A stretch of DNA of 64,000 nt, taken from the NCBI GenBank assembly GCA_039714655.1, contig JBDLIX010000005.1:16509-80508 (forward strand), given 5' to 3'. Each line of letters starts with the position of its first letter. Position 1 is the stretch's first letter. Source of the stretch: Bacteroidota bacterium (GTDB lineage: Bacteria; Bacteroidota; Bacteroidia; Bacteroidales; GCA-2748055). The notes beneath the pieces are model-generated. The model saw only the letters and a list, made by a program, of their open reading frames with translations. It was not told the origin of the DNA and did no database searches. A program made the position numbers and the translations under genes. Shown one piece after another: positions 18,588-27,023 of the stretch.

Positions 18588-18616
18588 GCATTACTACACC
18601 CATAAAACTGAAAAGC

Positions 18617-19993
18617 ATGAGCAAAGTGAAAAAAGTATTCCTCGATGAGCATGAGATGCCAAAACAGTGGTATAACATTGCTGCAGATCTTCCTGGTACG
18701 CTGAATCCACCCCTGGGGCCCGATGGGAATCCCATTGGTCCGGAGATGCTGGCACCCGTATTTCCAATGAATCTTATCGAACAGGAGGTGAGTTCCGAGC
18801 GCTGGATCGATATTCCTGAGAAAGTTCAGGAGATGCTTAATATGTGGCGCCCGGCTCCCCTGGTAAGGGCATACGCACTTGAGGAGGCGCTGGGGACACC
18901 TGCCAGGATCTATTATAAAAATGAAAGTGTATCGCCTGCAGGCAGCCATAAACCCAACACAGCCGTTGCACAGGCATACTATAACAAGGAATTTGGCATC
19001 AAGAAACTAACCACAGAGACAGGAGCCGGGCAGTGGGGGAGTGCCCTCTCTTTTGCATGTTCGCTGGTAGGTCTTGAATGCAAAGTATTCATGGTACGGG
19101 TGAGCTTTGACCAGAAGCCATTCAGAAAATCTATGATGGAAGCCTGGGGTGGTAAATGTATTGCAAGCCCCAGTGAAGAGACCCAGGCAGGGCGAAACGT
19201 ATTGGCTGAACATCCCGACACTCCGGGTAGCCTAGGGATTGCCATCAGTGAAGCTGTGGAAGCGGCCGTTACCGATCCAACCGGAGAGACACGATATTCA
19301 CTGGGCAGTGTTCTGAACCATGTGATGCTGCATCAAACCATTATCGGTCTTGAAGCTAAGAAACAGCTTGAGAAAATCAATGAGAAGCTACCCGATGTGG
19401 TGATTGGTTGTGCAGGTGGCGGAAGTAATTTTGCAGGGATCAGTTTTCCCTTTATGTTGGATAAGATCAATGGTGCTGATATAGATATTATTCCTGTTGA
19501 ACCAGCCAGTTGTCCAACACTAACAAAAGCTCCTTTTGCCTACGATCATGGCGACCTTGCAAAAATGACCCCCTTGCTGGCCATGAACTCACTGGGTCAC
19601 GGATTTATTCCACCACCCATTCATGCCGGAGGATTACGCTACCATGGAATGTCACCTCTTGTGAGTCATGCAGTAAACCAGGGCCTTGCCACCCCCCAGG
19701 CGCTGCACCAGCTGGAGTGTTATGAAGCCGGCGTGCTGTTTGCACGTACCGAAGGGATCATTCCTGCACCTGAAACCACCCATGCCGTAGCATCGGCTAT
19801 CAGAGAGGCAAAGAAAGCCAAAGAGGAAGCCAAAGAGAAGGTGATTCTCTTCAACTTCAGTGGACATGGCTTGATGGACCTGGTTGGATACGAGAAATAT
19901 TTCAAAGGTGAGCTGAAAAACTATGAACTATCCTCTGATGAATATGAGGAGTTCACAGCTGTTTTGAAAAATCATCCTTCACCCATCGTATAG
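18617..19993 (+). CDS. trpB: TrpB-like PLP-dependent enzyme (tryptophan synthase beta chain, type 2)
   Basis: MPKQWYNI..., [13 protein letters not shown] (PLP lysine), [13 protein letters not shown], and GGGSNFAG. The length and N-terminal extension are typical of the TrpB2 group. Start set at ATG 18617. Confidence 0.9.
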   Translation: MSKVKKVFLDEHEMPKQWYNIAADLPGTLNPPLGPDGNPIGPEMLAPVFPMNLIEQEVSSERWIDIPEKVQEMLNMWRPAPLVRAYALEEALGTPARIYYKNESVSPAGSHKPNTAVAQAYYNKEFGIKKLTTETGAGQWGSALSFACSLVGLECKVFMVRVSFDQKPFRKSMMEAWGGKCIASPSEETQAGRNVLAEHPDTPGSLGIAISEAVEAAVTDPTGETRYSLGSVLNHVMLHQTIIGLEAKKQLEKINEKLPDVVIGCAGGGSNFAGISFPFMLDKINGADIDIIPVEPASCPTLTKAPFAYDHGDLAKMTPLLAMNSLGHGFIPPPIHAGGLRYHGMSPLVSHAVNQGLATPQALHQLECYEAGVLFARTEGIIPAPETTHAVASAIREAKKAKEEAKEKVILFNFSGHGLMDLVGYEKYFKGELKNYELSSDEYEEFTAVLKNHPSPIV

Positions 19994-20016
19994 TTTTGGT
20001 TTAATATTAGCGAGGA

Positions 20017-20058
20017 TAGCTGTTCCGGATCAAAGTGTCCGGGACAGCTATTTTTTTT
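20017..20058 (+). terminator. rho-independent terminator after trpB2
   Basis: 13-bp stem TAGCTGTTCCGGA (20017..20029) and TCCGGGACAGCTA (20038..20050) with one G-U pair, followed by TTTTTTTT (20051..20058). Confidence 0.8.
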
Positions 20059-20096
20059 AGTTTTTGCAATAGGCGATTAATCCCTATCTTAATCGG

Positions 20097-20663
20097 ATGA
20101 AGTCTATTGCAGTGTTTTGTGGTTCCAGTTCAGGGAACAATGGAATTTACAGAGAGATGGCAGGAGTACTTGGAAGAACATTGGCCAAACAGAAGATACA
20201 GCTCATATATGGTGGGGGAAAAGTGGGGCTTATGGGAGTCATCGCCGATGCAGCCCTCGAAGCTGGAGGTCACGTTACCGGGGTGATCCCGGGTTTCCTT
20301 CAAACCAGGGAGGTGGCACATGACAATCTTACCGAAATATTCCGTGTTGAGTCGATGCACGAACGAAAAGCCCTGATTGATAAAATGAGTGATGGCGTTA
20401 TTGCAATGCCAGGAGGATTCGGAACACTGGATGAAATGTTTGAGATGCTCACCTGGGGTCAGCTTGGGCTTCACCAGAAACCTGTGGGGTTACTGAATGT
20501 CAATGGGTTTTTCTCCAATATTATGAGTGCCATTGAAACCATGGTCGACGAAGGATTCCTCAACCAGATCAACAAGGAAATGGTACTTATCAGTGAAGAT
20601 GTCGGCGAACTGCTTTCTAAAATGAACAGTTATAGTGCTCCCGATGTGCCAAAATGGATATAA
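20097..20663 (+). CDS. LOG-family protein (TIGR00730 type; cytokinin riboside 5'-monophosphate phosphoribohydrolase-like)
   Basis: VFCGSS, YGGGKVGLMG and the PGGFGTLDE motif. 188 aa. Confidence 0.85.
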   Translation: MKSIAVFCGSSSGNNGIYREMAGVLGRTLAKQKIQLIYGGGKVGLMGVIADAALEAGGHVTGVIPGFLQTREVAHDNLTEIFRVESMHERKALIDKMSDGVIAMPGGFGTLDEMFEMLTWGQLGLHQKPVGLLNVNGFFSNIMSAIETMVDEGFLNQINKEMVLISEDVGELLSKMNSYSAPDVPKWI

Positions 20664-20768
20664 TTCGTATAGCTTATAATGATATATATAATCTAATTTA
20701 GGTAATAATATATTATATGATTTATATTACTTAATATATATAGTAATAACCAAAATATCATCTCAGTA

Positions 20769-22268
20769 ATGCGAAATTATAATATAAATAACTTATTATT
20801 TAGGCTGCTGATCTATGGGTTCTTCTCTCTCTGCCTGGTTGGATCATGCACTCACGGGAAAAACAGTGATGGTCCTTACTTTGGAAATGGGTTTCATAAT
20901 GGGTGGGCTGACCAGCATTCCATTGTAATCTGGACAAGACTGACTCAGAATCCGGAAATGAATCTTGCCGGGCAACCGTTTATTCCTCTTACCCGAGAAC
21001 AGCATGATACCCTGGATAAACTGGGGAACCGGGATTCAATCCACCAGGCCCAGATACCAGACAGTCTTACACTGGCTGATATGGAAGGAGCTTGTCCCGG
21101 TGCAAACGGGGAGGTAAAACTCATATATTATCCCCTGGTTGATCCTGGTCAGATGAAAGAGACTGCGTGGGAAAAGGTTGATCAGGAGAAAAATTACACC
21201 AAACAATGGAGAGTGGAGGAACTTACTGCCAATACAAGGTATCATGTGGAGATCTTCGCCCGTAAAAGTGAAGAGGCAGGTATCTCTGATACCATAACCG
21301 GAACATTCATTACTCCTCCGAACAAAGAGATGATTGATGAGATCAGGTTCTGCATCGTCACCGGTCACGATTACAACCGCAGGGATGATCCCGCTCATGG
21401 ACACAAAATCTACCCATCCATGCTTGCTACCGTACCCGATTTCTATGTCCACACCGGGGATACTGAGTACTACGATAAGTTTAATCCCTGGGCCATGACC
21501 GAAGAATTGATGCGTTTTAAATGGGACCGCCTGTTCGCGCTTCCTTTTCAACGACAGTTCTTTACCGAGGTCACCACCTATTTTTTAAAAGATGACCACG
21601 ATCTGCTTCGAGATGATGTTTACAGGGGTATGCGATATGGAGCTGTCTCATTTGAAAGAGGAGTGGCAATCTTCGATCAGGAACAATTCCCCTCCAACCC
21701 CGTACCCTATAAAACAATCAGGTGGGGTAAAGACCTGCAGATCTGGCTCATGGAGGGGAGGAATTTTCGCACTCCCAATCCTGATCCGGACGGACCGGAG
21801 AAAACCATATGGGGCCAGGAGCAGAAGGAGTGGCTGTTCCGTACCATAGAATCTTCCGATGCTACATTCAAACTCATTATTTCACCTACCCCAATTCTGG
21901 GACCGGATCGTGAAAGTAAGCGTGACAATCACGCCAACCTGAATTTCACCCATGAAGGGAATGAGATCAGGGACTTTGTCAATGGTCAGGAAAATGTTTA
22001 CCTGTGTGTGGGAGACCGGCACTGGCAATATGTGTCCCACTGGGAGGGAAGCAACCTCTGGGAATTCAGCTGTGGTCCGGGATCCGATATGCATGCAGGA
22101 GGTTGGAATCAGTCGGATCAAAAACCTGAGCACCGTTTCCTCCGGGTAAAGGGTGGATTCCTGACTGGAAAAGTCACACGGGTCGAAGAGCGTGCATTGC
22201 TGATATTCCAGCACTGTGATGTGGAAGGAAAAGTCGTTCATGAAGAACAATTTGAAGCACCATTATAA
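20769..22268 (+). CDS. PhoD-like alkaline phosphatase/metallophosphatase lipoprotein
   Basis: Lipobox LVGSC. PhoD-like N-terminal segment (WADQHSIVIWTRL), then the metallophosphatase pattern GDTEYYD, KDDHD, GDRHWQY. Confidence 0.6.
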   Translation: MRNYNINNLLFRLLIYGFFSLCLVGSCTHGKNSDGPYFGNGFHNGWADQHSIVIWTRLTQNPEMNLAGQPFIPLTREQHDTLDKLGNRDSIHQAQIPDSLTLADMEGACPGANGEVKLIYYPLVDPGQMKETAWEKVDQEKNYTKQWRVEELTANTRYHVEIFARKSEEAGISDTITGTFITPPNKEMIDEIRFCIVTGHDYNRRDDPAHGHKIYPSMLATVPDFYVHTGDTEYYDKFNPWAMTEELMRFKWDRLFALPFQRQFFTEVTTYFLKDDHDLLRDDVYRGMRYGAVSFERGVAIFDQEQFPSNPVPYKTIRWGKDLQIWLMEGRNFRTPNPDPDGPEKTIWGQEQKEWLFRTIESSDATFKLIISPTPILGPDRESKRDNHANLNFTHEGNEIRDFVNGQENVYLCVGDRHWQYVSHWEGSNLWEFSCGPGSDMHAGGWNQSDQKPEHRFLRVKGGFLTGKVTRVEERALLIFQHCDVEGKVVHEEQFEAPL

Positions 22269-22275
22269 CTTGTAA

Positions 22276-24123
22276 ATGATGAAATCTCAACTAATTACAG
22301 CAATCCTTTTAATAGTAATAACCTTGGTCAGCGCCCAGGAGTGGCAACCCGTTGGTGAAAGGATTATGACAGAGTGGGGAGAAAAACTGGATCCCGATGC
22401 AGTTTGGCAAGAGTATCCAAGACCTCAGTTTCAACGAGACGACTGGCTCAATCTGAATGGGTTATGGGATTATGTGATCTTGCCAAAAAAGGACCCAAAA
22501 CCGGAAAAATTCGGGGGACAGATCCTGGTTCCATTCTGTGTTGAATCGGCCTTATCCGGCGTGGGAAAGGAATTATTACCAGCTGACAGGTTATGGTACA
22601 GAAGAGAATTCACCCTGCCTGATTCATGGCAACAGAAACGCATTGTTATAAATTTTGAGGCTGTTGACTGGTCTGCTGCTCTCTGGATCAATGATGCTCT
22701 TGTGGGATCACACCAGGGGGGATATGATCGTTTTTCATTCGATATTACTCCTTACCTGAAGAAGGAGGGAGCACAGAAGATTGTTGTTGCAGTGGATGAT
22801 CCTTCCAGCCTGGGTGAACAGCCCCGCGGGAAACAACAGTTGAATCAGCATGGCATCTGGTACACACCGGTAAGTGGCATCTGGCAAACAGTTTGGCTGG
22901 AGGCAGTGTCACCTGCAGCCTATATTAAAGAGGTGAAAATTACTCCCGATGTGGACCAGGGGACGGTGCATATTGCTGCCATGCTCAATCAGGCAAATCC
23001 ATCTGATTTCAGCATCAGGGTATCCATTGTCGGTGAGGGGATTGAATTGTCTAACCACACAATGTCTGCAGAAAGTGAAAAGGAGTTTCAGGTAAAAGAT
23101 CCACGACTATGGTCTCCCACAGACCCATTCCTGTATCATCTAATTCTGGTTCTTCTAAATCCGGATGGGAAAGAGATCGACAGGGTGAACAGCTATTTCG
23201 GGATGCGTAAAATAAGCCTCGGTGATGTGAAAGGTGCCAAGGTGTTGTTTCTGAACAACAAACCATTGTTCCATTACGGGACCCTTGACCAGGGATGGTG
23301 GCCCGACGGTTTGCATACACCTCCTTCCGATGATGCCATGAAATATGACCTTGAAGTCACCAAAAAGATGGGATTCAACATGATCCGTAAGCACATCAAG
23401 GTAGAACCTGACAGGTGGTATTACCATTGTGACCGGTTGGGCATTTTGGTGTGGCAGGATATGCCGTCTGTGATGGTTGTATTCCCTGGCGAAAATGAAA
23501 CACCTGGATCCACCAGATTGTTTGTGGGAAGGGATCAACCAGATCCTCCACGGAGATCTGAAGAGACAGCCAGGTTCGAATGGGAATTAAGGCGCATGAT
23601 GGATCTCCATTACAACGCTCCCAGTATTGTGATCTGGGTACCTTTCAACGAGGGCTGGGGACAGTATGAGACATGCAGAATTAACGATATGATCAAAGCT
23701 TATGATCCCACCAGACTGGTAAATCCTGTCAGTGGATGGTCCCTGCGTTCGTGTGGTGACATATATGATATTCACAGCTACCATACTGAAGTTTCTATTC
23801 CTCCGGTATGTACGGACAGAGCCTCGGTAGTGGGAGAGTATGGAGGCATAGGACTTCCTGTGGAAGGACATTTGTGGAACCCGGAAATGCGTAATTGGGG
23901 GTACCAGACATATGAGACATCCGAGGAACTCCTGGAGCACTACAAATATAAATTTGACCAGATTGTTGAAATGTGGAAAAGCATTGGAGTATCAGCAGCC
24001 GTCTATACACAAACCACAGATGTGGAAGGTGAAGTAAACGGATTAATGACATATGACCGCAAGGTCATCAAGATGCCCGTTGATACGCTCAATAAGATGC
24101 ATTCAGTCCTGTACAATGAGTAA
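22276..24123 (+). CDS. glycoside hydrolase family 2-like enzyme
   Basis: Signal peptide. GH2 sugar-binding start (WLNLNGLWDY, WYRREFTLP, FEAVDWSAALWINDALVGSHQGGYDRFSFDIT) and TIM-barrel part (NMIRKHIK, WQDMP, WVPFNEGWG). Confidence 0.75.
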   Translation: MMKSQLITAILLIVITLVSAQEWQPVGERIMTEWGEKLDPDAVWQEYPRPQFQRDDWLNLNGLWDYVILPKKDPKPEKFGGQILVPFCVESALSGVGKELLPADRLWYRREFTLPDSWQQKRIVINFEAVDWSAALWINDALVGSHQGGYDRFSFDITPYLKKEGAQKIVVAVDDPSSLGEQPRGKQQLNQHGIWYTPVSGIWQTVWLEAVSPAAYIKEVKITPDVDQGTVHIAAMLNQANPSDFSIRVSIVGEGIELSNHTMSAESEKEFQVKDPRLWSPTDPFLYHLILVLLNPDGKEIDRVNSYFGMRKISLGDVKGAKVLFLNNKPLFHYGTLDQGWWPDGLHTPPSDDAMKYDLEVTKKMGFNMIRKHIKVEPDRWYYHCDRLGILVWQDMPSVMVVFPGENETPGSTRLFVGRDQPDPPRRSEETARFEWELRRMMDLHYNAPSIVIWVPFNEGWGQYETCRINDMIKAYDPTRLVNPVSGWSLRSCGDIYDIHSYHTEVSIPPVCTDRASVVGEYGGIGLPVEGHLWNPEMRNWGYQTYETSEELLEHYKYKFDQIVEMWKSIGVSAAVYTQTTDVEGEVNGLMTYDRKVIKMPVDTLNKMHSVLYNE

Positions 24124-24149
24124 GCAGGACAACCTCTGGAAATGTATAA

Positions 24150-24569
24150 TTAAAGAAGTGTGGCTGAAAGCTTTACATCAGCTGCTGCTACCAGCCTGGA
24201 GATAGGACATTTCTCTTTGGCTGCAGCTGCCAGTTCGTTGAATTTCTCCTGTGACAAGCCCTCACACTTGACCTGGGTTGTCAATTCAATGGTGGTAACC
24301 AGTGGTCCGGTTTCATCCCGGCCCAGGTGCACACTGGCTTTGGTCTCGACACTTTCGGGAACCAGATTCTCCCCACTTATAAGTGCAGAGAGAAACATGG
24401 AATAGCAACCCGCATGAGCAGCTCCCACAAGCTCTTCAGGATTGGTTCCTTTTCCTTCCTCAAAACGCGAAGCAAAGGTGTAAGCTCCACTATAGTTACT
24501 GAAGTTCATGGTACCGTTACCATCTTTAAGGGTACCATTCCATTTTGCATTTGCTGATCTGACTGACAT
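24150..24569 (-). CDS. osmC: OsmC-family peroxiredoxin
   Basis: 139 aa. AKWNGTLKDGNG.., NPEELVGAAHAGCYSM and KEKCPIS contain the two conserved OsmC cysteines. Confidence 0.9.
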   Translation of the reverse strand: MSVRSANAKWNGTLKDGNGTMNFSNYSGAYTFASRFEEGKGTNPEELVGAAHAGCYSMFLSALISGENLVPESVETKASVHLGRDETGPLVTTIELTTQVKCEGLSQEKFNELAAAAKEKCPISRLVAAADVKLSATLL

Positions 24570-24707
24570 TTAGTTTGGTTTTAGAGATGAAGCTAAATAT
24601 GTTCTATTTCTACAATAACCCGATTGGTGCTGTTTTGTTCGTTTCACCATACCTCAAATAGAGTTTAAAGATATGTAACATATGAGTTTGCTTGACTTTT
24701 GGGTGAT

Positions 24708-25514
24708 ATGGACGTAAATTTAGTGAAATCCTTAAATCCAACCCTCATGAAACAGTTCATTTACCTTTCAGTAGCGCCAGAGTCGCTGATAGCATCACAA
24801 CTTCCACCCTCTGAATTCGGCACCTATCTTGCGGTAGGCACCAAGAAAAGGTTGCGTGGACAGGCCATTTTTATGGAGTTAGACCCCGGAAAGATGAAAA
24901 ACCTACCATTGGAGTATATGAATGAACGACTTGTTCCTTACGAGGATGGGGAACCAAAGCGTTCTCTCTTTTTATCCATATACAGGGTGCTGGAAAACAC
25001 ACCGCTTGAAGCGATGAAGAATCTGTACCTTGTCACTGATGATGGGAAAGTGTTGGAACTGATGCCAAAATCCTTTAAACCCGACGACCGGGATATGATC
25101 CATCTGTACCAGCAATTCAACCCTATCAGAACCAGGGTGGCCAGTAAACTTTCTCCACCTGAGTTCATCAATTTCCTGACGGAACCTGGAAAACCGGTCT
25201 CGGTACCAAGGATCTTCCTGGTTGAATTAAAACTGAACAGGCTGGCAAGGCAACCGGATGCACCCATTCATGACCTTCCCTATCCAAATCCGGATCATCT
25301 GAGGGATTGTCTTTCCAGGTTAATATCCTCCGGGGAGCGTCTTACCAAAACAGTGATCCGTCAGTTCAAAGGCGAACTCTCATACAGGACCATCAAGAAC
25401 GGTTTTTTCGTGGGTGATCAGGATAATTTTCTCTATTATCCTTTTCCTTCAACTGATGAGCTCGAGGGCAAACATTACTCATGGTGGCGATCCGCTCTGA
25501 CCCAATGTTTTTAA
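24708..25514 (+). CDS. conserved-looking hypothetical protein, no family recognised
   Basis: Long ORF with coding-like composition and no signal peptide or TM. The start is uncertain (24699 TTG, 24708 ATG, or MKQF at 24747). Confidence 0.5.
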   Translation: MDVNLVKSLNPTLMKQFIYLSVAPESLIASQLPPSEFGTYLAVGTKKRLRGQAIFMELDPGKMKNLPLEYMNERLVPYEDGEPKRSLFLSIYRVLENTPLEAMKNLYLVTDDGKVLELMPKSFKPDDRDMIHLYQQFNPIRTRVASKLSPPEFINFLTEPGKPVSVPRIFLVELKLNRLARQPDAPIHDLPYPNPDHLRDCLSRLISSGERLTKTVIRQFKGELSYRTIKNGFFVGDQDNFLYYPFPSTDELEGKHYSWWRSALTQCF

Positions 25515-25518
25515 GCCA

Positions 25519-25983
25519 TTAATTGCGCCCTCTTCCTCTGGCTGGCCGGTCGGCATCACCTTCAGGATTTTTCTCCTGGTACTGACGGCGCATATCACTC
25601 CGGCGTTGCTCCTGGATCTCTTTGAACTTTGCCATCTGCTCTTTGGTAAGCACCTCTTCATATTTTTTATCGCGCTCTTCCCTGGCTTTCATCATGGTGG
25701 CCCTCATGGCCTCCCTGTCACCTGTATATTTTTGGCGTTCTACCTGCATCTTGTTATAGAACTCCATCTCATATTCAAGGATCTTCTTATGCTGTTCTTT
25801 CGAAAACTTCAGGGTCTCACCCAGGTTATCCACACGTTCCTTAATATCTTCCTCAGACACCTGAAAACCTCGTCCTGCCCCGGGACCTCCACCTTGTCCG
25901 CCACCCTGTCCAGATACCGTTAATGTCAACATGGAGATTAAAAATGCCACTCCAAATACGTGTAATTTCGAAAACTTTTTCAT
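25519..25983 (-). CDS. periplasmic Spy/CpxP-like helical protein (LTxxQ motif)
   Basis: Signal peptide, a Gly-rich linker (GQGGGQGGGPGAG), and a charged helical body containing LTKEQ (LTxxQ) and FSKEQ. Confidence 0.5.
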   Translation of the reverse strand: MKKFSKLHVFGVAFLISMLTLTVSGQGGGQGGGPGAGRGFQVSEEDIKERVDNLGETLKFSKEQHKKILEYEMEFYNKMQVERQKYTGDREAMRATMMKAREERDKKYEEVLTKEQMAKFKEIQEQRRSDMRRQYQEKNPEGDADRPARGRGRN

Positions 25984-26132
25984 TTCTTAAATGGTTTTAC
26001 TGTTCTTATTACTGATATGACTAAAACCGGAGGAAAAGGTTTAAATTTAGTTGTTATTTCTGAAGCGTATTAAACCAATGTGTTTTCTTTCTGTCAAAGT
26101 TCAACAAAAGACACTGATGATAATCTCTGCCA

Positions 26133-27023
26133 TTGGAAATTAGAATTAAAAATTTAGGCAAGACATATCCGGGAGGATTTCAAGCCCTGGATAACATCGA
26201 TCTGAACATATCCGAGGGTATGTTTGGCCTCCTGGGACCCAACGGAGCTGGGAAATCAACGCTCATGCGAATTCTGGTTACACTGATGAAACCTACTTCA
26301 GGAGAGGTGCTGATCGACGGAAAGAATATCAATAGCTACAGAAAGGAGATCAGAAAGATGGTGGGTTATCTTCCCCAGGATTTCCGCTTTTTCACAAAAC
26401 TTCGTTCCTGGGAATTTCTCGATTATGCAGCAAGGCTGGCTGGAATGAATCTCAGAAAGGAGCGCAGGGAGAGGGTGGACGAAATGCTGGAGAGTGTCGG
26501 GTTGTACGAATTCAGGAACCGAATGGCCAACAAGTTGTCGGGAGGAATGAAGCGAAGATTGGGTATCGCACAGGCATTGATTGCCCGCCCATCCATCATT
26601 ATTGTGGACGAACCTACAACAGGACTGGATCCTGAAGAGCGCATCAGGTTCAGGAATCTCCTCTCTGACCTGGGTCGGAGCGATACGATTATTATCCTAT
26701 CCACCCACATTGTTGGGGATATCTCCAGCACCTGTAACCAGATGGCATTGCTGAATGAAGGTGCATTAATCTATGAAGGAACCCCCGATCAACTGGTTGA
26801 CCAGGCGAAAGGATATGTATGGAGAACTGAGGTTAGTCAGGAGGAATATGAACAAATGAAGGATGAGTTCCCCATCATATCAACCATTCCATCGGGAACC
26901 GGATGGGAGGTGCAGTTTGTGGGAGAAAAGCCTTCAGGTATTAGTGCTCAAAGGGTCGAACCCAACCTGGAGCACGCTTATGTTCATTACATGGATAATA
27001 AATTAAGTCACTGGAATATATAA
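26133..27023 (+). CDS. ABC transporter ATP-binding protein (ABC-2/DrrA-like subfamily with C-terminal extension)
   Basis: TTG start. Walker A [9 protein letters not shown], signature LSGGMKRR, Walker B [12 protein letters not shown], H-loop LSTHIV. First gene of the 26133..41649 operon. Confidence 0.9.
   Translation: [296 protein letters not shown]

Noticed and set aside
20664-20768. Very AT-rich, TA-repeat-like intergenic stretch (..atatatataatctaattt..aatatatatagtaataacc..), considered as a mobile-element end, an origin-like element or a phase-variable tract.
   Set aside because: There are no flanking direct or inverted repeats and no recombinase or transposase nearby. It is short and sits where the promoter of the PhoD-like gene is expected.
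25984-26132. Searched the control region of the RND/ABC operon for a TAnnTTTG promoter box or a regulator operator.
   Set aside because: Only near matches (TAAATTTA) and an 8-bp AT palindrome were found. No exact promoter consensus or substantial dyad was seen, so no feature was called.
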